64,000 bases of DNA from Phallusia mammillata. Lineage: Eukaryota. A program made the translations under genes and the position numbers. The notes beneath the pieces are model-generated. The model made no database searches. It was not told the DNA's origin and was given only the letters and a program-made list of their open reading frames with translations. The stretch lies in NCBI GenBank assembly GCA_965637545.1, contig OZ281498.1:3844001-3908000 (forward strand), written 5' to 3'. Numbering within the stretch: position 1 is the first letter of the stretch; every line of letters begins with the position of its first letter. Positions 49,019 to 60,800 of the stretch are shown here, piece by piece.

Positions 49019-49309
49019 CGTTAACCACTAATTGCAGCGATGTTGACGAACAGGATTAGTTTTTTTTTGATAAGGTATATTTATGGTTTGCATGTACTAT
49101 CAATAAAAAAAAGAAGATGTTTTTAGGTATTATGAAAAAATATACCAACGGAGAAAAACTTAACCGATGACACTACCGGTTTCAGGGTTACTGCCTATCA
49201 ATCGGCAACCCCTGATATATGTGCTTATTGTTTCAAGGATAGTGAGAGCTATGGAACTCAGTCAACTAAACAGAAGCCTACGCAGAAAGGTAATTGACAA
49301 GGATCAGAG

Positions 49310-49603
49310 GGTAGAGCTACTAACACCATACGTTTCAGGTGATCCAAAAGTGCTTAATTTTCGATAGGTGGCGTAAAGAGCTGAATTATTTATTTAGCGG
49401 CTAAAGAGGGGTTGGTTTAGGATGCAAATGTTTGAAAATTTTACATTAGTAACTAATTTTTTGGGTTAGTTTTATTGAATTTTAAATGCTTATACCTTAT
49501 TCCGACCTTAATAGCCCTAACCGTTAGCATTTTTTGAGATATACCGTTTTAAAAATTAGGTAATTTTGGATCACCTGAAACGTATGGTGTTAGCAGCTCT
49601 ACC
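49310..49603. mobile_element. Mutator-like MITE (294 bp)
   Basis: TIR of about 40 bp starting GGTAGAGCT(A/G)CTAACAC; exact 9-bp TSD GGATCAGAG. Confidence 0.85.
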
Positions 49604-50918
49604 GGATCAGAGTACCTTGTGATACGCACAAAAGAGCCTGTCCCTAACTAATACGCCGGCAAAATTTTTACAAGAACTTGTTTAGTGCTAAAATGTCAAC
49701 TTTGTTGTTGTTTTACCGCACTGTTGCAATGTTGAAAATGGCTAAGCGAAAATTCAAATTTACAGATGAAATGCAAGCAAAGTATACCTGTTTTGGAAAG
49801 GTAGAAATAAATGGATTTGCAAGCCAGGAACATATATTTAAGTTTGAAACGAAGTTTGGAACGCAAAAAAGGTTAACGCAACTGAGATAAATTTTTCAGG
49901 GATTGTGTATCAACAAAGATGGTAAACCCAAAGCTAGTTGCTTTGGTAGACAAAGTGGCTTGCTTCCAATGAACTATAGTTATTTTGTTAAATCTTTCAC
50001 AGGGTAGATAGTTTCCACTCGGTAGCTGCTTGGCAAATCGTCGACACATAGTTAAGTGTTTTTAGTGTTTTTTCGACGTTTTTTTTAGTTAAAAGTCTTT
50101 TTTTTCGAAAGTTAAAGACCAGTGGTTTACACGACAAAACAAGGCCCCTTTAAAGCGAATGATGAAGCAAATGACGTAGAAACGTGTCTCATGGAAGCCA
50201 GGAACTAAACACCTCTGCCTCGATGACGACTTGTTAAAGGCGGCTACAGTGTAAACTACAATATTCATTGCAAATTGTTTGGTGAGTCTGATCTTTGCAT
50301 CTCAATTACAGCTGACTGATTACAGCCCCACAGAGTGTTTCTTATTTCTTTGTATTCTTGAGTAAACGTTTAAAGGCGAACGATTAAATCAGCTTCCACA
50401 CCCCCAAAGGGAGAAAAATAGAACAAAATAGACTACCAGAAGACTAAAAATAGTCTAAGAATAGACCCAGAATTCACCGGCGACAAAGTCGAAAATAAGC
50501 TATATACAGTAGAGCAAAATATTGGCTATTGCGTAAAACCTTTTTTCCTTTAAGTTATAGAATTCATTTTATGTCAAAGGTGCAATTTATAAAGTCATAG
50601 CGCCCTCGAACCGAGCTGCTATGCTTCTTCTCAAGTACGAGCGGCTGTGTTCTACTTTAAACTTGAAACGGAAATGACAGTATAAACAAGAGGAATTATG
50701 CGTAATGATGAATAAACACCTTATGTTTGTGCAAAACATTCTAGAATAACAAAATGACTCAAAATATCTTATGACTTGCATGAGAACGGAAATACCAACA
50801 CTTACATCCAGTTATAAAGAGGTTAAACACTTCCCCTACATGCTGTGCAACATTATTGCAAACAACATGCTAACGTTAAACATAAACTTTGTGCACATTA
50901 ATATCATGACCGCTACAC

Positions 50919-51159
50919 GGGTTTGACTAAAAGCCTGACTGGTCTGACTGTGCTGAGTGGCCTGACTTCGGCGGCAATGTTTCACAATCTATTTTCGGAC
51001 TGACCATAACCCTAACCTAGCCCTAAACTGACCCTAACTTTAACCCAATTCTCCATCACCCAAGTCAGGGCTTTTCCAATCGTCGAATCGGGTAAATATT
51101 TTGTGAAACACTGCCGCCGAAATCAGGCCAGTCAGCACAGTCAGGCTTTTAGTCTACCC
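50919..51159. mobile_element. Foldback MITE with internal (A)CCCTAA-like motifs
   Basis: GGGT(TT/A)GACTAAAAGCCTGACTG termini and imperfect arms of about 70 bp; no TSD recognised. Confidence 0.6.
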
Positions 51160-51847
51160 TAACAACAACTAGACAAAAAATGTTACGTCACAAAACGAAA
51201 TAGATTGGTTAATTATTACGACACACAACGCAATAGATTGGTTAATTGTTAGGTCACACATCGCCATAGATTGCAACACATGTCATGATGTGAAAAAATG
51301 TATTGATAGAAATCAGCAAATATTGACATAATAAGAACAAGAAATGCCACTCGACTCAATTCAAGTGAATGCATAGAGCCGTAGACAAAGTGTTTGACAA
51401 AAAAAATGTTTAATTTTGTGACATAAAAATAGCCTGGTTGATACAAGAAAAACGCTTTCACGAAAACTTGTCACGTGTGCTAGTTTAAACAGAACTACCA
51501 GACGTGTTTTGTCTCTTTGCCGAATTAATACGGTTTCCTTCCGGCCTGCGAACAATTATAGGACATTCGTTCGTATTTGTTGATAAATTGCCTATTTTTG
51601 TAACCAGTAGTTTTAAGGCAGTCTAGTGTACAGCGCCATAGTGACACTGGATCATAAGAAATTTATGTTATCTGCTTTGTGCGGCCTTTAACCGGTTAAA
51701 GCTAGTGAAATTACAGTTCGGGTGGTAAATGTAACACATCGGCATTGATATTCTAAATGCTGCTTTAAGGTATTTTAGGCGATAAGTCTTTTACAAGTTG
51801 TTTGTAGGTGCTTTGGGCCTAAAAACAAACGCTCGTAGCAATTTAGA

Positions 51848-54800
51848 ATGAGCAAAATTTACATCAGCGGAGTTTCTGGGAGATTTCCCGATTGTCCGAA
51901 CGTTTCCCAGTTTTGGGAGAAACTTTGTTCGGGCGAGGACATGGTGACTGAAGACGATAGACGTTGGAAAGCAGGTTGGTTTTGTTTTAAACAAAACACA
52001 CACATAGCACATCATTTAACAAAACTATAACGATCCAGCCATCGTGAAACTAGCTGCTACTTGCATTAACAAATATACTTGCTTATTAGGCGTTATCAGG
52101 TCGGTAAAAGTGATTGACAGTATATGTATGACTGGTGGTGGCACATAAGTATTCACCAAAATGTTTGTTGAAACGTCCGCATCGTTCATAGTCCACGTTC
52201 TTTAAAACTCTATCTTAAGACTCATATAATACAGATCCGTGTTTAGTGTTGTGATACCTAATCCACAGTTGAGTAAAGTTAAAATTAAAGCGTAACGCAT
52301 GTGCCACATCATTTTACTTAGGTCTTTTTGGTTTGCCAAAGCGGAAAGGAACTGTTTTGGGTGTGGACGAATTTGATGCTGCGTTTTTTGACATTCATGC
52401 CAAACAAGCAAGCAATATGGATCCACAACTTCGGATGCTTTTAGAAGTTTCTTTTGAAGCTATTTTGGATGCGGGTTCGTAAAAGAAAACGGTGTCATAG
52501 CATAGTTATACCAAATACATTTTTTTGATCTTCATTAAATGTGTATAAATTACTGGGTGGGCTGATTTCAACAATCAAACCACCCTCTTCTCGGAACTGG
52601 GATTTATTTATTTTTTGTTTCAGGTCAAAATCATCAAACATTACGTGGATCAAGAACTGGTGTGTGGGTGGGAGTTTCCAGTAACGATGCATGTGAAGTG
52701 TTATTGAACGATTGCAACCCAGAAAACGGTTATGGATTGACTGGAAGCAACAGAGCGATGTTGGCAAACAGGATTAGTTTTCAATTTGATTTTAAAGGTT
52801 TGTGGTAACCAAACACACACAGTAACGCAACATTTATTTAACCCTGTGCTGAAAAAAAGTAGTTTGGTAGGGCTAGCTTAAAAGTATAGGAACGCTCGAG
52901 TCTTCTTATATGAAGCTGTCTGGTGGTGTAAATGTACAGTACCATATCATTAAGTTCAACAGGATATCTGTTCTACCGTAGGTCCGAGTGCAACTGTGGA
53001 CACCGCCTGTTCGTCTTCCTTGCTCGCTTTGCAAATGGCTTATCAATCAATTCTTGAAGGCAACTGTGATGCAGCGCTGGTGGCCGGCAGTAATCTCACA
53101 CTGAAACCACAAATCTCAGTACAATTCAATAAATTGAAAATGCTCTCACCAGATGGTGCCTGCAAAAGTTTCGACGCAAATGCAAATGGGTAAGTACAAT
53201 TTCTGAAATTAGCATAAACAAATAAACAGTATGCTTATACCACCAAACTATATGTACAGTTTTTTGTCTTTGCTATTTGCTTTGCCCATCGGTTTCAATA
53301 AAAGGCAAAATAAAAATACCCCTTGCATTTCCTGATCCGTAGAATCAGAAAACATGTCCAAGTAGATATAATCTGAATGTATGTTTTTATTTAGTTACGC
53401 AAGATCAGAATCGATCGCTGCTGTGTTTATATGTAAAGACTTTATGGTGCAACACAGCTACTGTCGTGTTCTAAACGCACAAACAAACAACGATGGACAT
53501 ACTCCCAAAGGAATAACGTTGCCGTCAGGTTTGTCAAAATATTAAAAGTTGATTTGGGTCAAAGTTACAGAAAACTCACTACTTCATATCGTCGTAGGTC
53601 CACAGCAAAAGAAGCTAATAGAAGACACTTACCGAAGTTGCGGCCGAAAACCCAGTAAGGTTTTCTACATCGAAGCCCATGGAACAGGAACTCAGGTTGG
53701 CCGCGTTTTGATTTAACGTGTAGCTTATCCTTGAACTAAAACCAAAAACATTTCAAGGCTGGCGACAAAGAAGAACTAAACGTCATAGATGAAATATTTT
53801 GTGGCAATGGAAGGAAAACCCCGCTCTTTATCGGTTCGGTAAAGTCAAATATGGGGCACAGTGAGGCACCCAGTGGCTTGTGTGCTGTGATTAAATGTGT
53901 CCTTGCGTTAAAACATCAGCTAATTCCAGGAAACCTTCATTTCAACGAACCCAACCCAAACGTACCAGGTACTTGAACTGTATTGTATAGTGAGTGTTGT
54001 TCATTACATGCATATTAAGTGCATGTATAGTAACTGTACAGATGAATGTACATAGGTCTGCGGGAAAACCGGTTGAATGTGGTGACACAAGCAACATCTG
54101 TACCCGAAACTTGCGTGATTGGAATTAACTCGTTTGGTTTTGGTGGCACAAATGTTCATGTAATTTTGGAGAGGGAGAGAAAAAAAGTTGATGTATCGGC
54201 ACATCTATCATCATTGTTGGGCATACATTTATTTACATCCAGGACTATGGAGGGAGTACAAGGTTTTATTGCTTGAAAATTTTGACTCTGACGTATGTGG
54301 TATGGTATAAAACTGATTTTGATTAATATGCAGAAAAAGTTGACCACTTCAAACAGTTGCTTAATTCCGTGGAAAATCTCACGATGAAAGTTTCGCCTAA
54401 ACTTCATCCATACAGAGGATTTGTGGCTTGTGCGAACAATGAAGTTGCTGACGGTTGGAAAAAAAGCAGCCCGGAACAACCTGAACTATGGTTTGTTTTC
54501 TCAGGTACTTTAAACTAGAATTTGTAACACTTTCATAATCTAAATCAGGGGTCACCAACTCTATGCCCGCGGGCACCCGGTCGCCCATGGATCCTTTCCA
54601 GTCGCCCGCGAGACTGGTTCTGGAAATACCCAGTTGCGCCTCTAGTTTACACAAAATGCTGCGCCTTATGTAGATTAAAAGTAATGCAACACGTTTATCT
54701 ACCATGGGCCATTACTACCTAACAAAGCATTATGTAACATTCATGACATTCGTCTGTCTGTTACAACATACGCGCGGTGATAAATACCAGTTAGCAAACA

Positions 54801-57800
54801 AAGTGGTACGCTAAAATGTTGTAGACCAGGGGTCTTAAATACGCTGGCCACATGCGGCCCTGCATTAGTTTTTGTGTGGCCGACAAAGCGTTGCGACAGA
54901 TACAATAGTTTCAAAGTGTGATCACCAAAACGCGTGCAAAGTTTGGCAATAGTGCTTTTTTGAAGCGACACAAATATCAAGCCTAAAATGATATTTTTTT
55001 GCATTCGGAAGATGCAAGTTATCAAAATATTTTGTAAACTACTTAACCGACAACCAAATCAACCAGCAACCCACTTTTCAATCGCGACTTAGAGTTGAGA
55101 AGCACTACTCACGGCTGATATCGCCATTTTTGGTGAGAATTCGATGTTGTCTTGACTCATTTTTTTTGGTTGCGTCACTATGTGCAAATACTTTCAAAGT
55201 CAGCAATAACAGAACAGAAAACATTAATGTAAAGTGTGAACAGTGGTTCACAATTAACCCTGCTTTCGTCAAAACTGCGGTGATTACACGCTACCCACAA
55301 AACATGGTTTGTTTTACCATGCTTATGTTAATATTTTGAACTGGTAGCCCTCGAGCCATTTGGTTATCTTAAGGTAGCCCTCGGATTTCAAAAGATTGGT
55401 GACCCCTGATCTAAATAATAATTCCTTCATGTATATTTTTATCCTGCAACAGGTATGGGATGTCAGTGGGTTGGAATGGGACGAGATTTCCTTCAACTTC
55501 CAATCTTCTCAAGATCTATTGACCAGTGTAACAAAGCATTGGAGCCTCATAGGTTTGATGTTCGCTCGTTGTTGGAGAATGCTACAAAACAATCTTATGA
55601 CGACGTTATCAATTCATTTGTCGGCATTGTTGCGATTCAGGTGACTCATTTGGCTATTTACACATTTTAATCCAAACGTTGATAAGACATCAACAACTGG
55701 ATTTACGCACTTTGGAAACAGATACAAAAACCAGTTTAAAAAAAACTTCTTTTATTTGCAGATTGGATTAATTGATGTTCTTTCTGCCATTGGTATAAAG
55801 CCTGACGGAATAATTGGACATTCAGTGGGCGAATTAGGCTGTAGTTACGCGGACGGTTGTCTTACTCTGGAACAAACAATACAAATAGCGTTTTTGAGAG
55901 GAAAATGCATTAAAGAGACAAACTTACCATTGGGAGCAATGGCTGCTGTCGGTATGAACTTACAATACATTTCTTGTATCTTTAGCATGCTAGTATTGCC
56001 CTTTTTTGGTGCACAGGCATGAATTGGCAAGAAGCTTTGAATCAATGCCCACCAGGTGTCGCACCGGCATGTGACAATGCTGAAAAATCGGTAACAATTT
56101 CTGGGGCGAAGAAACAAGTTGAGGAATATGTGGCAACGTTAAAAAGTCAGGGAATTTTCGCAAAACTTGTTTCGACTGGTGGAATTGCCTTTCATTCAAA
56201 AGATATGGAATTGGTTTATCCAAAGTTTCTCAATCTATTGAAATCTGTACGTTAAAACTATTTGGTACAAACAAACTATTAAGTTCCTGTTTGTAAATAA
56301 TTCAAACTAATTTTGTACGTCGTAGATTATACCGAATGTTTCAAAACGATCCTCGCGTTGGATTTCAACTTCGCAAAATGGATCAAATAATTTGGATTGT
56401 TCGGCCGAGTACCACGCCAACAATTTACGCAGCCCAGTCCGCTTCAACGAAGCATTGAAAAATGTTCCGGAAAACGCCGTTGTTGTAGAAATTGCATCAC
56501 ATGGAATTTTGCAGGTTCGGATAAGATTATACCATAACATTGTTTTTAGGCCACTGTAACAAATATATTTGACAATGTTAGGCAATATTGAAACGAGCTC
56601 TTCCAATGCGATCTCATGTATTTATGGCCCACAAAGAACAATCTAGCGGAATCCTTTCACTTGGCAAGGCATTTGGTGAATTACATTGCAATGGGTTTGA
56701 ATTGAATCTTCAGTCAATCATTCCTCGCAATAATCTTGAACGAGCTTCACTTCATGGATTGTTCGACTGGAATCATTCGCAGTCTTGGCCGGTTCCAGCA
56801 CTTGAAGATTTTCTCCATACTCCTTCCGGTGTATCTACAAATGACAAGCTAATGATTCGACTAAGTGTGCACCCAACTTGTATTGTTGGTCAAACAGTCG
56901 AATTTGTATTTTTGATTGAGTTTTGTTCCTAGATCAACAGTCAGAAGAATACAAATATTTGTGGGATCACATCATTGATGGCCGGGCCTTATTGCCATTT
57001 GCCGCACATTTGGTTTTCGCTTGGAAGGCTTTTGCCAGTTACCTCGGTCAGACGATGGACGAAACTCCAGTCCAATTTGACAATGTAACAGTTCATACAG
57101 CAATCGTTCTTCCTGAAAAGGGTAAGTTTATCAAGTGGCAAATCGATAGTTAAAATGCCGCAGCTTGTTTGTTAAAACGTGACAACTAGAAGGAAATGAA
57201 ACATTGATCCTCATGATTAATAAATATGTTGATCACCTTGTCGTTGTTGACTGGTCACGTCAAACAGCATTGACAACCAAAAAAACATTAGTTATCAACA
57301 TATCTTATCATCCTTTTTGCAGGTTCTGTGGACATCGCAGTTCAACTTATGGCTTCGACCAACGAATTTCGCATTACGGAAAACAATATTTTGTCCTGTT
57401 CTGGAAAAATCCAAAAATTTCGGGGATCAATTAAATCGATCGCAACTTCGGAAAAAGTTATTGCAAGACCTTTGACACACGATGAGGTTTACAAAAGATT
57501 AACGTTGACGGGATTTCAATACCAAACCCAGTTTAAACAAATACGAAGCTTGTCCTTAAAAGGTAACTTTCATTAGACCTTTTCCAAATATCATTAACTT
57601 TAAATTCTTTACGATTATCCAAGATGGTAGACACTGAAATGTTTTTTTAGGTGGCGCATGTCAACTATGTACGTGTTACCATCAAACATTTTGTGCTCCG
57701 GTTAAGTTAAAATGAATTTATTTCTTAATAGCATAACAGCTGTTCAAACTAGTTTGACAAATTTAGATGCTAAGTGATAAAATGTTGTAAACATGCCATT

Positions 57801-60800
57801 TAACAACCACAGTTCGTCACTTCCTTTACAATTAATTTGAATTAATGTAAATAAACATGTGCACAGTGGACAGATAGATCAGTTTTTCAGTTTTGCAAAA
57901 TTCGCATCATTCCTGCAATGTAGTGTCTTCTGATCCCAATCAATTTGCCGTATAAACAGAAAGTTGCAACGTTAAGTCTACTTAAAGTTATTAAATCAAT
58001 GTAACAAACTTTGTCATTAAAGGGGACGTTGGAGAAATCATGTTTACGGGAAATTATGTGGTTCTTCTGGACGTTTTGATTCAGTTTGCAATTTTGTTGC
58101 GGGAATCAAAACAAATGGAGTTGCCAACAAGGATTCGTCAAATCCGCATTACTCCACTTGAGCAGACAAACCTGACACTGAAAACACTTCATGATCGGTA
58201 AATGTTAAATTTTATATTTTGCTACTAATGATCAGCGCGTAAATTAAAAGTAAATACTTGCATCGTCTATGCAGAAATACGTCAACTGATTTTTCTACAG
58301 TTGCCTAGATCGCACAGTTATCGGTGATTTTGTGGAGCTTAATGGAGTACACACAACGACAGTAACGAGACATTCCAAAATGCAGACGACTTTGACAAAA
58401 CAAGTTTTCGTGCCCCATAATCAATTAAATTTGTCAAAACTGGACAAGGAAATTGATTTAGAAAAAAACCAAGTGGCCAAACTTGTCTCAAACAACCAGT
58501 CCCTGTTTGGTGTTACGAGAGTTGAATCAGTAAATACTCTCTCTGCTTTAAACGTTCGGAAACCAGAGGGGCGTCTCTATAAAATTTTAAACGAATTTCT
58601 CGAAAAAAGTGAGCATATAATGCTTAAGTATTGACAACTTGTGGTTAAGTAGACTAAAGCATGTTTTTAACTTAGATCAAGCATCTAAAGGAGAAAGACA
58701 TTTTCTGAAATATGAGGGTCCTGTGTTTGACCCACTGTTGACATATTGCTTGTCGAACAGCGACATCTTGTTTCCTGTTCTCGATTGCGCTGCAGAAAAT
58801 TTTGTCAGTACTGGGAATAGAATTGCTGTAATACAGCCAAAGTCTAAGAATAAACACGGCGAGTAAAACAAATATTCATCAAAATCATGTTAGGAATTTA
58901 CATCTAGAACGTTGGTGTTTTGTAGATTTATTTCATATCGTTGGTTCGTGGAAAAAATGGTGCCCAGAGATTTCCTTGAATTTTAAAGAGTTTGAGTGTC
59001 ACGGAGATACCAGCCATCTTGAGTTGAATCTCAACCAATTCTCGCCCACTTTAATTGTGATGCACAATCCGATATCAAAAGGTATAATATCTCATGTTTG
59101 TTTTGTGTTGTATTTGAATTAAGAGTTTTGGAAGTTAGTTAAAGTATCTGTAAAATATATGTTGTGAAGGTTCGACAAGCTTGCTTAAAGTGGTGGCATC
59201 GCAGCTGAGAAACAACAATGGCATGCTTTTGATTCACCAAAATTCAAAAGAAACTGTATTTCATAAATTGGCCAAGGCAGTTTATAATGATAACAGTTCA
59301 TTCCCACAAATTACGTACGAACAGGTAAATAATCAAATAAAAACTAAACTAACTGAAAGTCAGGTTTAATACTATATTTACAGATAAAATATCACCTCGC
59401 CGAACAAAAATTCGAAATTCTGCTTCGAAAATCTGATTATCAATTAGGCAGCGAGTTAATTCTTTGTCGTCAAAACAAAAAACAATTAACCCAAGAATGT
59501 CACATCGAAGTTGGAAATAATTTCGAGTGGTTGGAACCCCTTCAGGTATATTTGCATTTTTGCATGGATTGAGAATTTTATAAAAAACGGTTGCTTTTGC
59601 TCGCTTTTCAGAGAAATCTGAAATCGAACGAGGACAAAGTCATTATTCTCACAGCCAATGATGAAACATCCGGAGTTATTGGATTGGCAAAATCGTTACG
59701 AAAGGAAACCAAAAAACAAATAAGGTTAAAGATTTAAAATATATCTATGCATTGTGTATGTCAATGAGTTGTAAGCTGTTATATTTAGAGTGATCTTGGG
59801 AAATGGTAAAGCGGATGAATGCAACACAAGCATTTGTACAAATGTATGGAAACATGGCGAGTGGGGCGCATTCCACCAAATCAGTTACAATGCTCAGAAC
59901 ATGGAATGTAAATCGTCTCATTTAGAGGTACATATTCGGCAGAAAATTATGAAACGTAGTACAGCATTGAATCAAGCAACTTTCCAAACATTTTTGTGTC
60001 AACTTTAAGCTACAATTAGTACAATATTTTAGGCTGAGGAATGTCGAGCTTTGGTTGAAGTTGAAAAACCTGGTGATCTGTCCAGTTTAAAGTGGGTTAT
60101 TTCACCATTTCTTCAAACTACTTCGCCTTTGTACAAAGTTGAGTTTGCTGCTTTGAATTTCCGTGACATCATGCTTGCAACGGGAAAACTTCCTCGGGAT
60201 GCCATTCCGGGTATTTGTGGTCATAAACATAAAGCCAAAATTATTAAAGTACAGATTTTTTAAATCCTTCTTTGTGGTAGGTGACCAAAGTAAACTTTCA
60301 ACTTTGCTTGGTCTCGAATTCAGCGGTTACGATCACACAGGATGCCGAGTGATGGGTTTAGTTGCAGCGGAGGGTCTTGCCACTCACGTTAGAGTTGACC
60401 CTATGTTTACGTGGAAAGTTCCCGATAATTGGTAAAATCATAAACATCTTGCATAAAATTTGCAAACAACACATTAAATTACCATATTTTGTATGATAGG
60501 AGCATGAAAGAGGCGGCTACTATTCCTGTCGCTTACTCAACTGCTTATTACGCGATGATAATCAGAGGGCAACTAAAGCGTGGCGAGTCAGTTTTGATCC
60601 ACAGTGGCGCGGGTGGAGTAGGTCAAGCTGCTATTGCAATCGCGCTCAGTAACGCGTGTCGTGTTTTTACAACTGTGTCGAGTGAACACAAGAGGGCGTT
60701 TTTGATGCGACGTTTTCCTCGACTAAACACTTCATGTTTCGCTAACTCCCGAGATTTAAGCTTCGAAGATCACGTGATGCATTGCACTAACGGAAAAGGT

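Larger units (their letters stand above)
46395..49074 (+). pseudogene. Relic FAS 5' fragments psi2 (exon 1 at about 46395-46485; exon 3 at 48475-49074, split by a MITE)
   Basis: GAGTTTCTGGGAAATTTCC..GATATGGTCACTGAGTACGATAGACG matches FAS exon 1. [23 protein letters not shown] follows an acceptor, and the sequence resumes as AMLTNRISF after the MITE. Confidence 0.85.

Noticed and set aside
58859-58910. Apparent in-frame TAG in FAS-B exon 20
   Set aside because: That TAG is the acceptor itself (CTAG|AACG); with the GC donor the exon lengths equal those of copy A.
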